Shown in pieces: positions 1 to 11,869 of a DNA stretch of 64,000 nucleotides. Source of the stretch: Dicyema japonicum (lineage: Eukaryota > Animalia > Dicyemida); the NCBI GenBank assembly GCA_011109175.1, contig RDEW01000010.1:893658-957657 (forward strand), written 5' to 3'. Below the pieces are notes generated by a model. That model was not told the DNA's origin. It did not search any database and worked only from the letters and a program-made list of their open reading frames with translations. Position 1 is the first letter of the stretch. The number at the start of each line of letters is the position of its first letter. Made by a program: the position numbers and the translations under genes.

Positions 1-1656
1 TGAGACATTGATCATTTTTTGACAATAATTTCCAAATTTCAGAACTCCCACTACAAAAGATCCAAAGGCGCTCTAGAATTAGAAAGAACACTAGCAAATA
101 AGAGAGGAGTGTTTAGTAATAAGAGTGTTATAGTAGCTACCGCGAGTAAGACAAACAAGCAATTCCCCTCTTAAGACTCGTATGGAATGTGCTAAATTAG
201 CCATCCCTCTTTTTGGATGTCCCTTCTCCTTTTTTGATAGCAACGATATGATGACACCTAAGAAGGAAAGTGAATTGGGTTCTAGAATCTCCGAGGTTTC
301 AGCTTTGACGAGTTTGAGAGATGTGAAACTAAAATTTTGAGGTTATTTCAATAACTGAGTTTATAATATAATCCGCGTTTTCTCGTTGCTATGGTTAAGA
401 CAAAGCATATGAAACACGGAAAACCGAAGGAATGTCAGTCTTTTGTTTTTTTCCATTGCCAGTTAAAGTAGTTAATCAAGGTCATCTACATCTCTGAGAA
501 ACGTTTTTGGATGTCATCGATCTAACGATTGGAAGAGTGATTCTTGGTTCGATAAGCTTCAGAGGAGAAGTAGTCATTCGTGAATATTTAGTTGTTACAA
601 GACTGATAATTCGAAATAAAATGGAATGAAAAAATATCATTTTACTTCCTACACTGAGTCAGAGGGGTTCCTACAAACTGAAAAAACTGGATGTTTCCTT
701 CTTTTTCTGTTGGTTCTGAATATACTTGTGTGAAATTGGAAGGATTTTACCTCTGCGACAGTGGAAATTGGATACATTTAATTATTGCTTACTATTAACT
801 TTTTTCTCGGTGTATCAAAAAATTATAAATAAAATGGCATTTTATGGCAACTTTTCTACAAAATCGATTATTGGTAATAATTTGAAGAAACATGATTTTG
901 GATTACGGAAGAGAGAGCCTAGAGTAACACCACAGCTCTTACAGAAAACTGGGAACGCGATTATTAGGGATAACTCTCATTGTCTGGTTAGTTTCTGCAA
1001 ATAATAATCATTGCACATTAATTATATTTCAAGTATTTTTTTGTTATTATCTGATTTGTTAGCCACGTGGTTAATTAATTGGAAGGTAGAAATGATGACT
1101 TTGACCTAAATGTCCACTTAGCTTCATGATGAAAGTCCCTTATCTTTTTCTTATCGTTAGGATAGACAGAGTGACGGAAATATCGGATGCACGTACGATC
1201 AGGTTTTGAATCTCGGCAAGCTAAAATTGAATTATGTGTAGTGCTATTTACTAGCTTAATAATTCAAATGATCATGTATTAGTGCAAATCAAATACTTAT
1301 ATTTTTTAGTGCAAGCAAACTTTAAGACGAAACCTGACTACAGAGAAATATTTAAATTAGTTTAAATTAGTTATGGTACTTATCTGTGTATGTTTACTAC
1401 AAAAAATTAAAGTTGTTTATCAAATTGAAATTATCATGACTAATTAGGAAAACTGCGATCATGACATTCAATGACTAAAATTTAATAGAAGTATATTATC
1501 TAAAAAAGATAATAAAAATATAAGAGTAAACGTTAAAAAAATTAGGAGTCGTTTTGTAATAAATTATAAGTTTATTATGAAAAGTTATTAAAATGTTAAA
1601 CGATAGCAATAAAAAATATTAAAAAGATTTTAATAAAGGAAATATTATTATTAAAG

Positions 1657-1737
1657 GCTGTGATGGCCGAGTGGTTAAGGCGGTGGATTCGAAATCCAAT
1701 GGGTTTACCCGCGCAGGTTCGAATCCTGCCCACAGCG
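1657..1737 (+). tRNA. tRNA-Ser(CGA)
   Basis: GCTGTGATGGCCGAGTGGTTAAGGCG..TTCGAAA..GGTTCGAATCC..CACAGCG: cloverleaf with long variable arm, A and B boxes, CGA anticodon, followed by a TTTTT Pol III terminator; closely resembles animal Ser-CGA tRNAs. Confidence 0.95.
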
Positions 1738-1994
1738 TTTTTGCAAAATTTTTCAAACATTATGGATTTAATTATTTTATATTACATGTCTAGCATTAAA
1801 TGAAACATTCGTATTGGTTGTTTTATTTAGTAAATTTTAACCTAAATGTACATGATAAAGCGTATTTGATTATTTAAACTCACAAAATAACCACAATATT
1901 CAGGAAAATAACTATTGTGAAATTAATTCTTGAAAAATATTTAAAATTCAATTATTAGAATTGATTTATTAAAACTGCAGTCAAGAATAAGATG

Positions 1995-4900
1995 CTTTTC
2001 AACAAGGTTCCTTTTTATCACCAGCCTTATTAACTATATATTATGCTGATGACCTATTAGATCTCCTAATTATTATTATTAAAGCACTTTCACGAAAGCC
2101 ATAATGATGCCATATTATTAAAGCACTTTCACGATTATAGCCCCGCATGTGCAACACTCAAAGAAACAATATTTATAGTTAGTCTTTTCCATCTTCCTCT
2201 GTCGAATGCGAGTGATCTCAATTCTTCCAGGTCGTCTCCCGTCTTTAGATTTTTTCTCACACAATTTAAGTCTTTGTTTAGGGCTGTCTGAAGTGTCGTT
2301 CTAGGTCGTCCGCGGAAGGGTTTTTCGCATCTGTCAAAGTAATCTTCCATCGCTTTGTTAGCGGGTGCGTCCGGGTTCATTCTTAGTACATGCCCAAATA
2401 GCCTCCACCGGGCATCTATCACATCCTTGCTGATGTAAGAACACATACACTTGTTGTAGATACCAGTGGTTGATATTCTACGTGGCCACTCCATTCCGAG
2501 TAAGCTTCTTAGTTGCCTTCTATGGAACGAATCCAGTTTCAATAGTTCGTTGAAGGAACTTCCCCATGTCCCAGCGTTATACAGTAGGATCGGTTTCACA
2601 AACGCGTTGTAAAGCCTGCATCTGATGTCAATTCCAAGTCCTTTGGCCCTTAGCCATCCTTTCTTCAGTTTAGCCATTGCCGCATTTGCCAGTGTTTTCC
2701 TCCTTAGTACATCTTCAGCGTCTCCTAGTAGAGAGCCGAGCTTATTAGTACGTCTCCATCTTTCATGAGTAATATCGTCTTCTCTTTTGATTTCCGTAAT
2801 TTCAGTTTTGTTAACATTTACGCTGAGAAACCATTTCTCAAGCTCCGCAGGTGCATTTTCTAGCAGGTGTTGGAGTGCGGTCACATCCCGTGATACAAAA
2901 TCCACATCATCCGCATAAGATGTCTCTTCTATGTCTCCTATATAGCATTTACGGAGGTCGCGGAGTGCAGATTCAAGGTATATGGTGAATAGTAAAGGGG
3001 AGAGGGAATCACCCTGGGGTGTCCCAATCGTTGTTTTGAAACTGCGGGAAGTTGCTCCTTCTGTCCTCACAGATAGTCTTGTGTTCGCAAGTAGTAGTCT
3101 GATTATCCTAACCGACGATTCATCCAATATTTGCTCAAGCACATTCATCAGTTTCTGTCTGTTTATTGAGTCGAAAGCTCTGGAGAGATCTATTCCCAAC
3201 ACGGTTGTTGCGCTCTTGAATCTTTGGTGCGTTGCGCAGCGCCATCTGTGGCTCCATACAATGTCTGCCGTAGACCTCCCTTCTCGGAACCCACTTTGAC
3301 TTGCTGGTAGGTATAGATCGCCATACCCTTTATCCGGCTTAGTGCAATGTTTGCCGCACCTTGCGTATCGAATTCAGAAGTATTATCGGGCGGAGATTTT
3401 CTACTGGTCCTTTTGATTTGTTCGGTTTTTGTATGGGTATTAATAATCCATTTCCAAGTCCTAGATCGGTATTAGTTTCAAAGACGTCATTTAGGGTTTT
3501 TGCAATTGTGTCGCTAAGTTTTTTTGGCCCATATTTTAGGAGCTCAGGGCTTATGTTGTCCGGCCCAGCACTCTTGTTGTTCTTCAGTTTATTTATCGCT
3601 AATTCCACCTCTTCCACTGTGATTGGGATTTTTAGCGCCTTTGCTTTCCTTGGAAAGGGGGAAAGTCATTATTTTCTTTATTCAACAGTGTTTCGAAGTG
3701 TCGTGCAATCAATTCTGCTTTTTCTTTCGGGTTACCCACGAATTTTCCATCTTTGTCTTTGATGTGAAGGATGTTTTGTCCTTTCTTTGTCCGCAGCAGC
3801 CGCAAAGCCGCATACATCCTTGAATTGTCTTTTAGGCATTCCACATCTTTTAATAGGGATGTAATAATTTCCCGTGAGTGTTTTCTGTTCATCTTTTTGA
3901 TTTTCCACTTTAGTTCCCTTTGTTGGATATTAAGCTCTTTTTTTTACTCTCGTCTGACGTGTTTGCCGCTTTTAGTCGTAGCTCTCTGCAATGCTTTGCC
4001 ATATTTGGCACGTTCGGGTGGTGATCCAATTTTAGGGCGTGATGATTTCGGACTCCAAGGCATATTTTGGCCGACTTGGAGATTGCCTGTTTTGTTTGAT
4101 CCCACAGAGTTCGTACTGATGATTCCGGTGCGGTTTTCACCATAAGAGTCTCGATTTGTTCGTGATATTTAGCTCTACAAGTTGGCTCTAACCACAATTT
4201 TTCTGTCTGAAAGTATATATTGGGTCTTTGTCTCGCCTTCTTCGCGTTTTCAATGTATTTTTTCCCAGTCAGGTGCTTTTTTACACAAAGTTTTGCAATG
4301 ACGATCCTGTGGTCGCTGTCGGTTGTTGTTCCCTGGTAGGAACGTGCATCATTTATCAGGTGTTTATCAGACTTTCGGCAGATAATGTAGTCGATTTGAT
4401 TATATATATTCACGGTCTCTTCGACAGAGTTTTTTCTTTGTCCGTGCCACGTCGTCTTGTGGCAAGCTGAGTGCGTAAAGGCCGTGTTGCACAGGAAAAG
4501 GCTATTTGCCTCGCAGAAGTTTACCAGAGAGGCACCAGATGCATTTCTCCTTCCGCGCCCGTGTCTTCCAATAGAGGATTCTTCGGGCCCCATTCGCATT
4601 CCGGCCTTTGCATTCATATCTCCCGCAACAAAGACAAGAGACGAGGAAGCATTGTTAGAGTATGTGCTTGATAGTTCTGAGTAGAATTCCTCGAGTTCAT
4701 CGGGGTTCTTGATTACTCGTCCACAGTGTGGTGCATAGACATTTATGACGGTTAGTAGACTCTTGGACGGGCATAGTTCATTTAGTTTGACTTGTAGGAC
4801 ACATATTCGGACTCGCGATGTAATTTTTTGAGGTAATCCACGTGTAGGGCAAATCCCATGCCGTAGTGCTTGCATTCAGTTGGGAAGAGAATCAGTCGGT

Positions 4901-5885
4901 AGTTGTTCCATGTCTCATCGTGTCCATTTTCGATTTTCGTCTCTTGTAGGCAGCCAATAGATATTTTGTATTTCTCGAGATCGTCACAAAGTACTTTCCT
5001 TGTCCAATTTTTCGATATTCCACGTACGTTGAACGTCATTAGCCTGAGTTCTCGATTGTATGATGAGTGTTTTTCAGACATTTTTCTTAACCGTTGTACA
5101 GAGAAGAAACGAGGCACGTCACCACCTCACCAAAAAGATCTCCTAATGGCATCAGAAAGACTACAAGAATACCTTCACAGGATTCAAATTTGGCTAAATT
5201 ATAACCGGCTTGATATATCGATTGAAAAATCTTCTTCGTCCTTATTCACCTCAGAGAAACGACTTGGACAAATGACAGTGGATATATTTATCAACCAGAC
5301 AAAAATACATTTCACGAAGAAACTGAAAATCTTGGGGATCACCTTCGACACAAACATTTCCTTTTCATCTCATATCTACGGGATGTCAAGAAGCTGCTCA
5401 AGAATTCTAGGGATAATCAAATCTATTTTTGGTGACATTAAGACCTTCTTCAAGCATTGAAATTATTGTACAAACAATTAATTGAGCGATCTGTCAGCTA
5501 TGCCTTTGTGTCATAGAGAATCAATCTCTCCTGGACAAACAAACAAACAATCAGCGACATTCAGTCATTGACATACACTACTATTAGTAATCTCGGGAAC
5601 TAATTCCCTCATCACTTGAAGACCTTATCTCACAAAATGAAAGGGATTTGCTTCCCTGCGCAGTCAGTGCAACTCCCAGCAGTAACACGGCCATGAGGTG
5701 TTTTATGAGAAGTGTATACATCACCCCTCTCCAATTTCTTTCCCAAATAATCCGGCCTACATAGAAGTTGCATTGGATCCTAGAAGGCTCACAAGGAGAG
5801 AATGAGAAATTTGATAGAGGCCTTCGAGATCACTTAATTAATTTAGTAATTAAATTAACTATTGGTGTTCTTGGGTAAGTAATAA
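1995..5885 (+). mobile_element. 5'-truncated family A (Ingi/Vingi-like) LINE remnant, split by the RTE insertion at 2071-5135
   Basis: QGS.LSP and YADD remnants at 2000-2055; 5136-5350 is highly similar to 20725-20965; C-terminus ...HKERMRNLIEAFEIT* at about 5775-5836 resembles the end of ORF 9478-10755; short TAA-like tail near 5880. Confidence 0.75.
2071..5135 (-). mobile_element. Full-length RTE-clade non-LTR retrotransposon (APE + RT), frameshifted
   Basis: APE motifs TFNVRG, QETK, AGDMNAK, SDH; RT motifs SRAFDS, PQGDSLSP, YADD; RTE C-terminal GRPR; (TAA)n tail; 12-bp TSD AGATCTCCTAAT at 2059-2070 and 5136-5147. Confidence 0.92.
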
Positions 5886-5892
5886 TGCAAAC

Positions 5893-6115
5893 ATGGCCAC
5901 GTGATGCTATGTGGATAGTTTGTCAAAAATTATTTTCCATCCTTTCCGATTGCGTCATTGGATCCACCTAACTGAGGAGACGCTCGCCTGACCGGCATCA
6001 AAAGGAATCAACTATTCTTCCCCGGAGGACAATGCCGTTACCTGGAGACAAGTTCTGGTGAACGAGTCGGGATCAAGGAGTTAGTTAGTTTAGTTCCCTT
6101 GGTCTTTGAATAAAT
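5893..6115 (+). mobile_element. Short non-autonomous element S2 (ribozyme-like head + family A tail), copy 1
   Basis: Colinear with the reverse complement of 63003-63222; contains GCGTC..GGATCCACC..GG.GACGCT..GGCATCAAAAGG core; 3' part GTCGGGATCA...GGTCTTTGAATAA matches the family A 3' end at 62465-62520. Confidence 0.7.
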
Positions 6116-6216
6116 TTAATTTAATTGAGGAATAGCGATATAAGAAAATTTTAATTGAATCTAAAATAATATTTTTTTATTAACATTTAAATTTAAATAA
6201 ATAATTAGCTTATCAA

Positions 6217-6702
6217 ATGTCGTATAAAGTTATTGTTGCCGAAGAAAATATGTCAGAACATGGGGATATAACTCCTGAAGATCACTGGTTTAACTTCTCA
6301 GACATTCCAAAAATCGTTGTTATTGGTGACCACGGGTATTCTACTTTTTTGAAACCTAGTTGTTGGAAAAACATCCTTTATTAATTACTTTCTAAAGAGA
6401 AGTGGAAGCAGGCCGACCAGGTCAGTTAAAGCTTTCGGTATTTTTGTGGCTTGTTATAAACAGATTTGTCAAAATATTCTTTTTTCAACCTCCAAATAGT
6501 GGACACCCCTGGACTGGACATTATGAGGTGGATCGATGTTAGCGAAGATAGTAAAAATTTCCGAAAATTGGTGAAAAATTGCCTGAATCTGATCTGCCTT
6601 ATCGACATCCATGTAATAGAGACATTTATTCCAGTATCAACTCCCTGGGACCATTGTCCCTCTGGCAGAGTTTATCAATTTGACCGTGAAGCTGGAACCT
6701 AA
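6217..6702 (+). pseudogene. P-loop small-GTPase-like gene with mini-introns and an apparent +1 frameshift
   Basis: KIVVIGDHG-(V)GKTSF P-loop, RPTRSV switch-I-like motif, LQIVDTPG G3; introns 6336-6359 (24 nt) and 6438-6463 (26 nt); one extra T at 6360-6361 breaks the frame; no NKxD motif seen. Confidence 0.5.
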
Positions 6703-7689
6703 TGTGAACATCACGATAATTCACCACAAACATGACCTTTTATACATAAACTCATACGAAGAGAGTCTGGGTCACATAAAGTCCTGCGTGGACTCGTGTC
6801 TCCAGATCCCTTCCCATAAAAGTCGTGAAATACTGTTTGATCCCTTTTCATGCTAGATACACATGCACCAGTACCACAGATTTATCAATTATCGTAAACT
6901 TTACTCACATTTTGAGTCCCCACGTGCGCGTTCATCACGACCTGAGGAAGCTACTAACAGAGTTCATCACGGTATCCTGTTATTGTAATAATTAGAGGTC
7001 GAACCTAGAAAAGGGGTTCATTTTGGACAAGTTCACTAAGACATTGATTCTGTCGGAACCTAGTAATTTCGTAATCAAAGACTGCGAGATGTGCTGCCGC
7101 ATAGCTGGACTCTCTGGGATAATGAGCAGTTCCGTGGAGTTGTAGATTTTAATTTCAAGTAGGAGAAATTTTGAGCCCACCCCTATATCCTCCATCTTCG
7201 AATTCAACCATTGCATCTTTTGTTACAGGGAACTCACCCCCGATCTAGTTTTGATGTACCAGACCAATCTGTACAAGGAAGGTGGATCATTGAATGACTT
7301 TTAGGGAGTTGTGAGCATAATTTTAACTGTCTGAAGGAACTGGTAGTCAAATTGCTTAAATGCTTCACTGTGTATGGTGGGACCATTATGAATGAAAAAC
7401 ATTCTCTCTGATTATTATTTTAAAATCATTTACTTTACAAGATATTACATTTTTCTAACAATTTCTGTATTATTATTTAAAGTGCTCGATAATTAACATT
7501 ATAATTACAGTTAGCTATCTGTTGAAGGAGCAATGAGAACTTAGATCCAGTTAGTTGTGTTGAAAAGGACTCTCGAAAGCATGCTAATAACACGAACATG
7601 GGATGAAGGTTTCTGATAAAGAGTACACCTATGCTACCTGTTAACTTGAGGTACTGGAATGCTGTGAAAACATTTCAGTAGACTCTAAC

Positions 7690-7830
7690 AGAGATATTTC
7701 GACTGACTCTGATTTATACATAAATACTCGGCTCACTACTAGGTGACACCAAGGATATTTATCAAAGGAAAACTGGCTACCATATACTTCAAAAAATGTA
7801 CAACATCTAGATAAGAAGCATGGATCACTG
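7690..7830 (+). mobile_element. RTE RT C-terminal remnant
   Basis: Encodes LGSLLGDTKDIYQRK, matching LGSLLGD in the other RTE copies. Confidence 0.45.
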
Positions 7831-7838
7831 AAATTTTG

Positions 7839-8985
7839 TCAGACTGTACGTATATCGGATCCAACCTTCAGGAAGTGTCCAAAAAGTCTCCAACGAGAGC
7901 TAATGATCTCGTGGCTTAATGGTGTACAGTCACACTTATTGTACAGTCCATTCAGCGAGATCTTGGATGGCCAGGACATTCCAGTTATGTTTCTTAGATG
8001 ATTCCTGTGAAATGAGTCTAGCCTCTCCAATTCCTCTTTAGAGGTGGCCCAGGTCCCAGAGTTGTATAGTAGGATTGGTTTGATAAAGGTGTCGTATAAC
8101 ATAATCCTTTGTTTTATGTTATACCCTTTCCGTTTTAGCCAAAGATTTTTCAGCTTTTGTAATGCCGCATTTGCCAATGTTTTTCTCCGTATGATGTCTT
8201 CGCTATCTCCTAGTAGAGAGCCAAGTTTCTTTATGTGTCTCCATTTTTCTTCAAGTGAATTGTTCATTCGTCTTATTTCTGTCTGTTCTGTTTTTTTCCT
8301 GTTCACGGTGAGAAATCATTTCCCAAGTATATCTGGTGCTTTTTCTAGTACATGCTCCAGGAGTTTTTTGTCTTCAGAAATTAGGTCGACATCATCAGCA
8401 TAAATCACCTTCTATTTTTCCTTGGTATAATGGTCTCAGTTCCCTCATAGCAGCCTCCAAGTATATTGTGAATAGTAGCGGAGAAAGGGAGTCTCCTTGA
8501 TGAGTGCCTGTGTTTGTTTCAAATTTTCTTGAGTAGGTTTTTTCAACTCTCACAAGGAGCTCTGTGTTAGATAGAAGGATTTGAATCATTCTTAGATTCG
8601 ATTCGTCAAGAAACCCTTCCAGCACTGTCATCTATTTGTTCCTGTTAATTGAGTCAAAGGCTTTTGATAGATCTATTCCCAAAATGTGGGTGGCATTGCA
8701 ATATCTTTAATGTGTCGCACATCTCCATATGTGACTCCAGACTGCATCAGCTGTTGATCTTCCTTCTCTAAACCCACTTTGACTTTCGGGTAGGTATTCA
8801 TAGGCGGGTCCTTTATTCGTTCCAATACAATGTTAGCTAAGACTTTCCGTAGAGAATTTGATAATATATAGGTCGTAAGTTTTCAACCGGTCTTTTGGAT
8901 TTATTGGGTTTTTGTATAGGTATTAGTAATCCCGTTCCCAGGGGCAAAGTTGAGTTAGTTAAAACATTTCATTTAGTAATGTAGC
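7839..8985 (-). mobile_element. Truncated RTE LINE (RT domain)
   Basis: PESQSGFREGRSTAD, SKAFDS, QGDSLSP, YADD, LGSLLGD, LLYNSGTW, RWRLFGH. Confidence 0.88.
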
Positions 8986-8989
8986 GATT

Positions 8990-9419
8990 CGAATCAATAT
9001 CAAGCTGTAAATATTTAATTTTTAACGTTTTGTCACTTGAAACTTGAAAAAAACGCACGTTTTTCTTCCTCTTTTAATGATAGCTCGTTTCTAGTTATTT
9101 CGTACTCAGCAAAAGGATTCCTCACCCAATCATAGAGTTCAACTGACATGGGTGAAAAAAAATTATTCGCACATGTAAATGGTGACTCCAAATGGTCTAC
9201 AATTTGTGGAACAATTTCTTTCTTGCAAATGAGGGAATACTTCCAAGTTTCCATTCGTGATATGTCGTTTCCATATTTGTAGTTTTTTTCAAAAAAAAGC
9301 AGCTATTTTGTCCACCCAACTCAATAGATTTTCATTTCTTCCTTGCATGCTGCTATTGAGAACATTGAGTAAATGAAAAATTTCCGAGGGTTCCACGGAA
9401 CCCAGGTTGGGAAACACTG
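8990..9419 (-). mobile_element. Buster/SPIN-type hAT deletion derivative (one TIR fused to an internal transposase segment)
   Basis: Terminal CAGTGTTTCCCAACCTGGG at 9419; EIFHLLNVLNSSMQGRNEN..KIAAF..LQIWK and DWVRNPF motifs; adjacent 8-mer GTCTAATT fits NNNTANNN. Confidence 0.75.
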
Positions 9420-9424
9420 GTCTA

Positions 9425-11734
9425 ATTATTATTATTATTTAAGCCAAAGAAACACCGTCTTAACCAATAACTAATATTCAGGTGATCCCGGCATCTCTCA
9501 ATAATCGGGCCATTTTTTCTCGATGCTCCGACTGTGATCCCACGCATTTTCTATACGGACGGGGTCTTTTTCCTTTTCTTCTGAAATTGCCTCCAGTTGC
9601 CTCTATGATAGACTCGAGTGCTCTGGGGGCAATTTCTTTATCTGTATATTTTTCTAGTAACTTTTTTGCTCTTGACTGGATATCTTGAATTTTTGTTAGG
9701 TTCGTTGCCGACAGGTTAGATCCCCATGCAGCACATGCATAGCCTATTGTTGGCTCGACATACTGCTTGTAGAGGGTCCCGATACCTGGCGGATAAATTC
9801 CTCCACAGTTCCAAAGGAAGGCCTTTACAAAATTGATCTTCTTTGCACAGGTTGATATGATAGATTCCACATGGGCTGAGAAGCAGAGGAAAGTATCAAA
9901 AGTTACTCCCAGTATCTTCTGCGTTTTCTTTTGTGGTATAGGTACTCCATTTAACGTGACATCAATTGTTTGCGTTCCCATCTTTCTATTCTTAGTAAAT
10001 AGAGTGACTGCTGACTTTTCGGAACATGCATTTAATCGATTCTCGCACAACCATCCAAATATGTTATTTAGTATTCCTTGTAGTCTTTCCTTAGCATGTT
10101 CGACGTTTACGTCTCTAGATGCGACAACTATGTCATCGGCATAGGAAAGTAGTATGTCATTATTATTCATAGGTACGGGGAGATCACTCAAAAACAAATT
10201 AAAAAGGATTGGTGACAGAGGAGATCCTTGGGGTACACCATTGGGTAATAATCCCGATCTGGAACTCTTGTTTCCGACGGATACTTTCCCTCGGCGTCCA
10301 CTTACGAAATTTGCTAACCATAACTTTAATGGTGCATCAATTTTTGTCAAAAATATTTTTCGTATGAGGATCTTCCTTGGGACAGAGTCGAAAGCTTTTT
10401 GAATATCGATCGTACATATGACCGATTTTTCCTGTTTTGGCTTGTTCTTGTGTCCTTCAGTTATGAACTTCATTAATGTTGTTAGGAAGGAGGTTGTTGA
10501 TAATCCTTCCTTGAAGCCATGTTGGAATGTACTATGTGGGAGAAAAGGGCGAATAACTTTTAGGACCAGTTTCTCCAGGATCCTCGACAAAACACATATA
10601 AGGGAAACTGGTCTGTAAGAGCCGGGATCGTTCTTCGGTCTTCCCGGCTTCAATATTGGTCGAATTTTTGATAGTTTCCACAAAGTCGGTATGGTATTTC
10701 TGTTCAGCGATGTGTTGTAGATGTTTGTTAATGCATTTATTGATGCTGGGCCCAAGTGTTTCAGCAGAATAAGAGGAATTCCGTCTGGGCCACATGAGTT
10801 TGTTTTTTTCTGATTTGATATTGCTTTGGATACATCTTTCGGGAGAAAATAAATCAGCGGGGCAAATTTGGATGGCTTTCTCTTTATTTTCGTTTGTGTT
10901 AATCTTTTTATAAGGAATGTGACTGATTCGAATACAATGTTTCATATATTTATTCAGATTGAGCTGGCATTGTTCTTTGTTATCTTCGTATTCTGGGTTC
11001 TTCAGACGCCTCAACATCTTCCACATGTTGGAAATTGAGGTCTGGTTATTCATGGCAGCAGAGATTCGCCTGAGTTTCTTCCTTTGGGTGTTGTTTGTGC
11101 TTTTCGTGATAAGAATGTTTAGTGACCTGATTCGATTAATAACCTCTCGTGAACGATGTATCATTTTCTTAAGGTTGTTTCTTTCCATAATTATTTTCCT
11201 TGTTTTTGAGTCGTATTTCAATTTTTCGTTTTTTATATATGCTTTTCTGATAAAAATATTTCTTCCGTCAATGATTATTTTGTTGAAATAGTATATAGCT
11301 TTGTCTATGGAGGAGAAATTTTCAGATTGGAAATGTTCCAGTTTTGAATCAACGAAATTTGTAAAGCCAGTCCAATTTGCATTTTTGTAATCATAGAAAT
11401 GAATAGGCTTCGGTACAAAGCGTGGCTCGCAGTTCAGCTTCATTAACATTGAATGGTGGTCGCTCCGGAGGTCATAACGGACCGTCCAATTAATGATCGT
11501 GGAAAGACGAGGTGAGCAGACGGATAAGTCCGGAGATGTCACCATGTCCTTCGTGTTGTATGGTGTCCTAGTGTTCTTTATCGGGTTGTTGATGACTATT
11601 AAGTTTTGAATTTGGGATAGTAGCAGGTTTCCTCTGTTATCAGCGGATTGGTAGCGGAACCAAGAAGGGTGCTTCGCATTAAGGTCTCCACATAAAAGCA
11701 ATAGATGACCGACACTTTCATGCAACAAAATCAA
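9425..11734 (-). mobile_element. Family A Ingi/Vingi-like LINE, 5'-truncated, one frameshift between APE and RT
   Basis: CGDLNAKHP, SPD, SDH APE motifs; YRPVSL, KAFDS, PQGSPLSP, YADD RT motifs; no RNase H seen; (TAA)n tail at 9425-9440. Confidence 0.85.
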
Positions 11735-11869
11735 TATATGATAATTTTCTATTTAAAAATTAAATATTTAATTTTTATTTGCCAATATCTATCCTGAGGA
11801 AAAATCCACTTTTCCAGTAAAAAATTAATAGGTTAATGCATTAACCCCTATATCAAGCAATAGCAAACT

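Noticed and set aside
2982-4684. Many + strand ORFs overlapping LINEs (also 9482-11291, 41645-42160, 56939-57613)
   Set aside because: Antisense shadows of RT, APE or gag frames with no independent motifs
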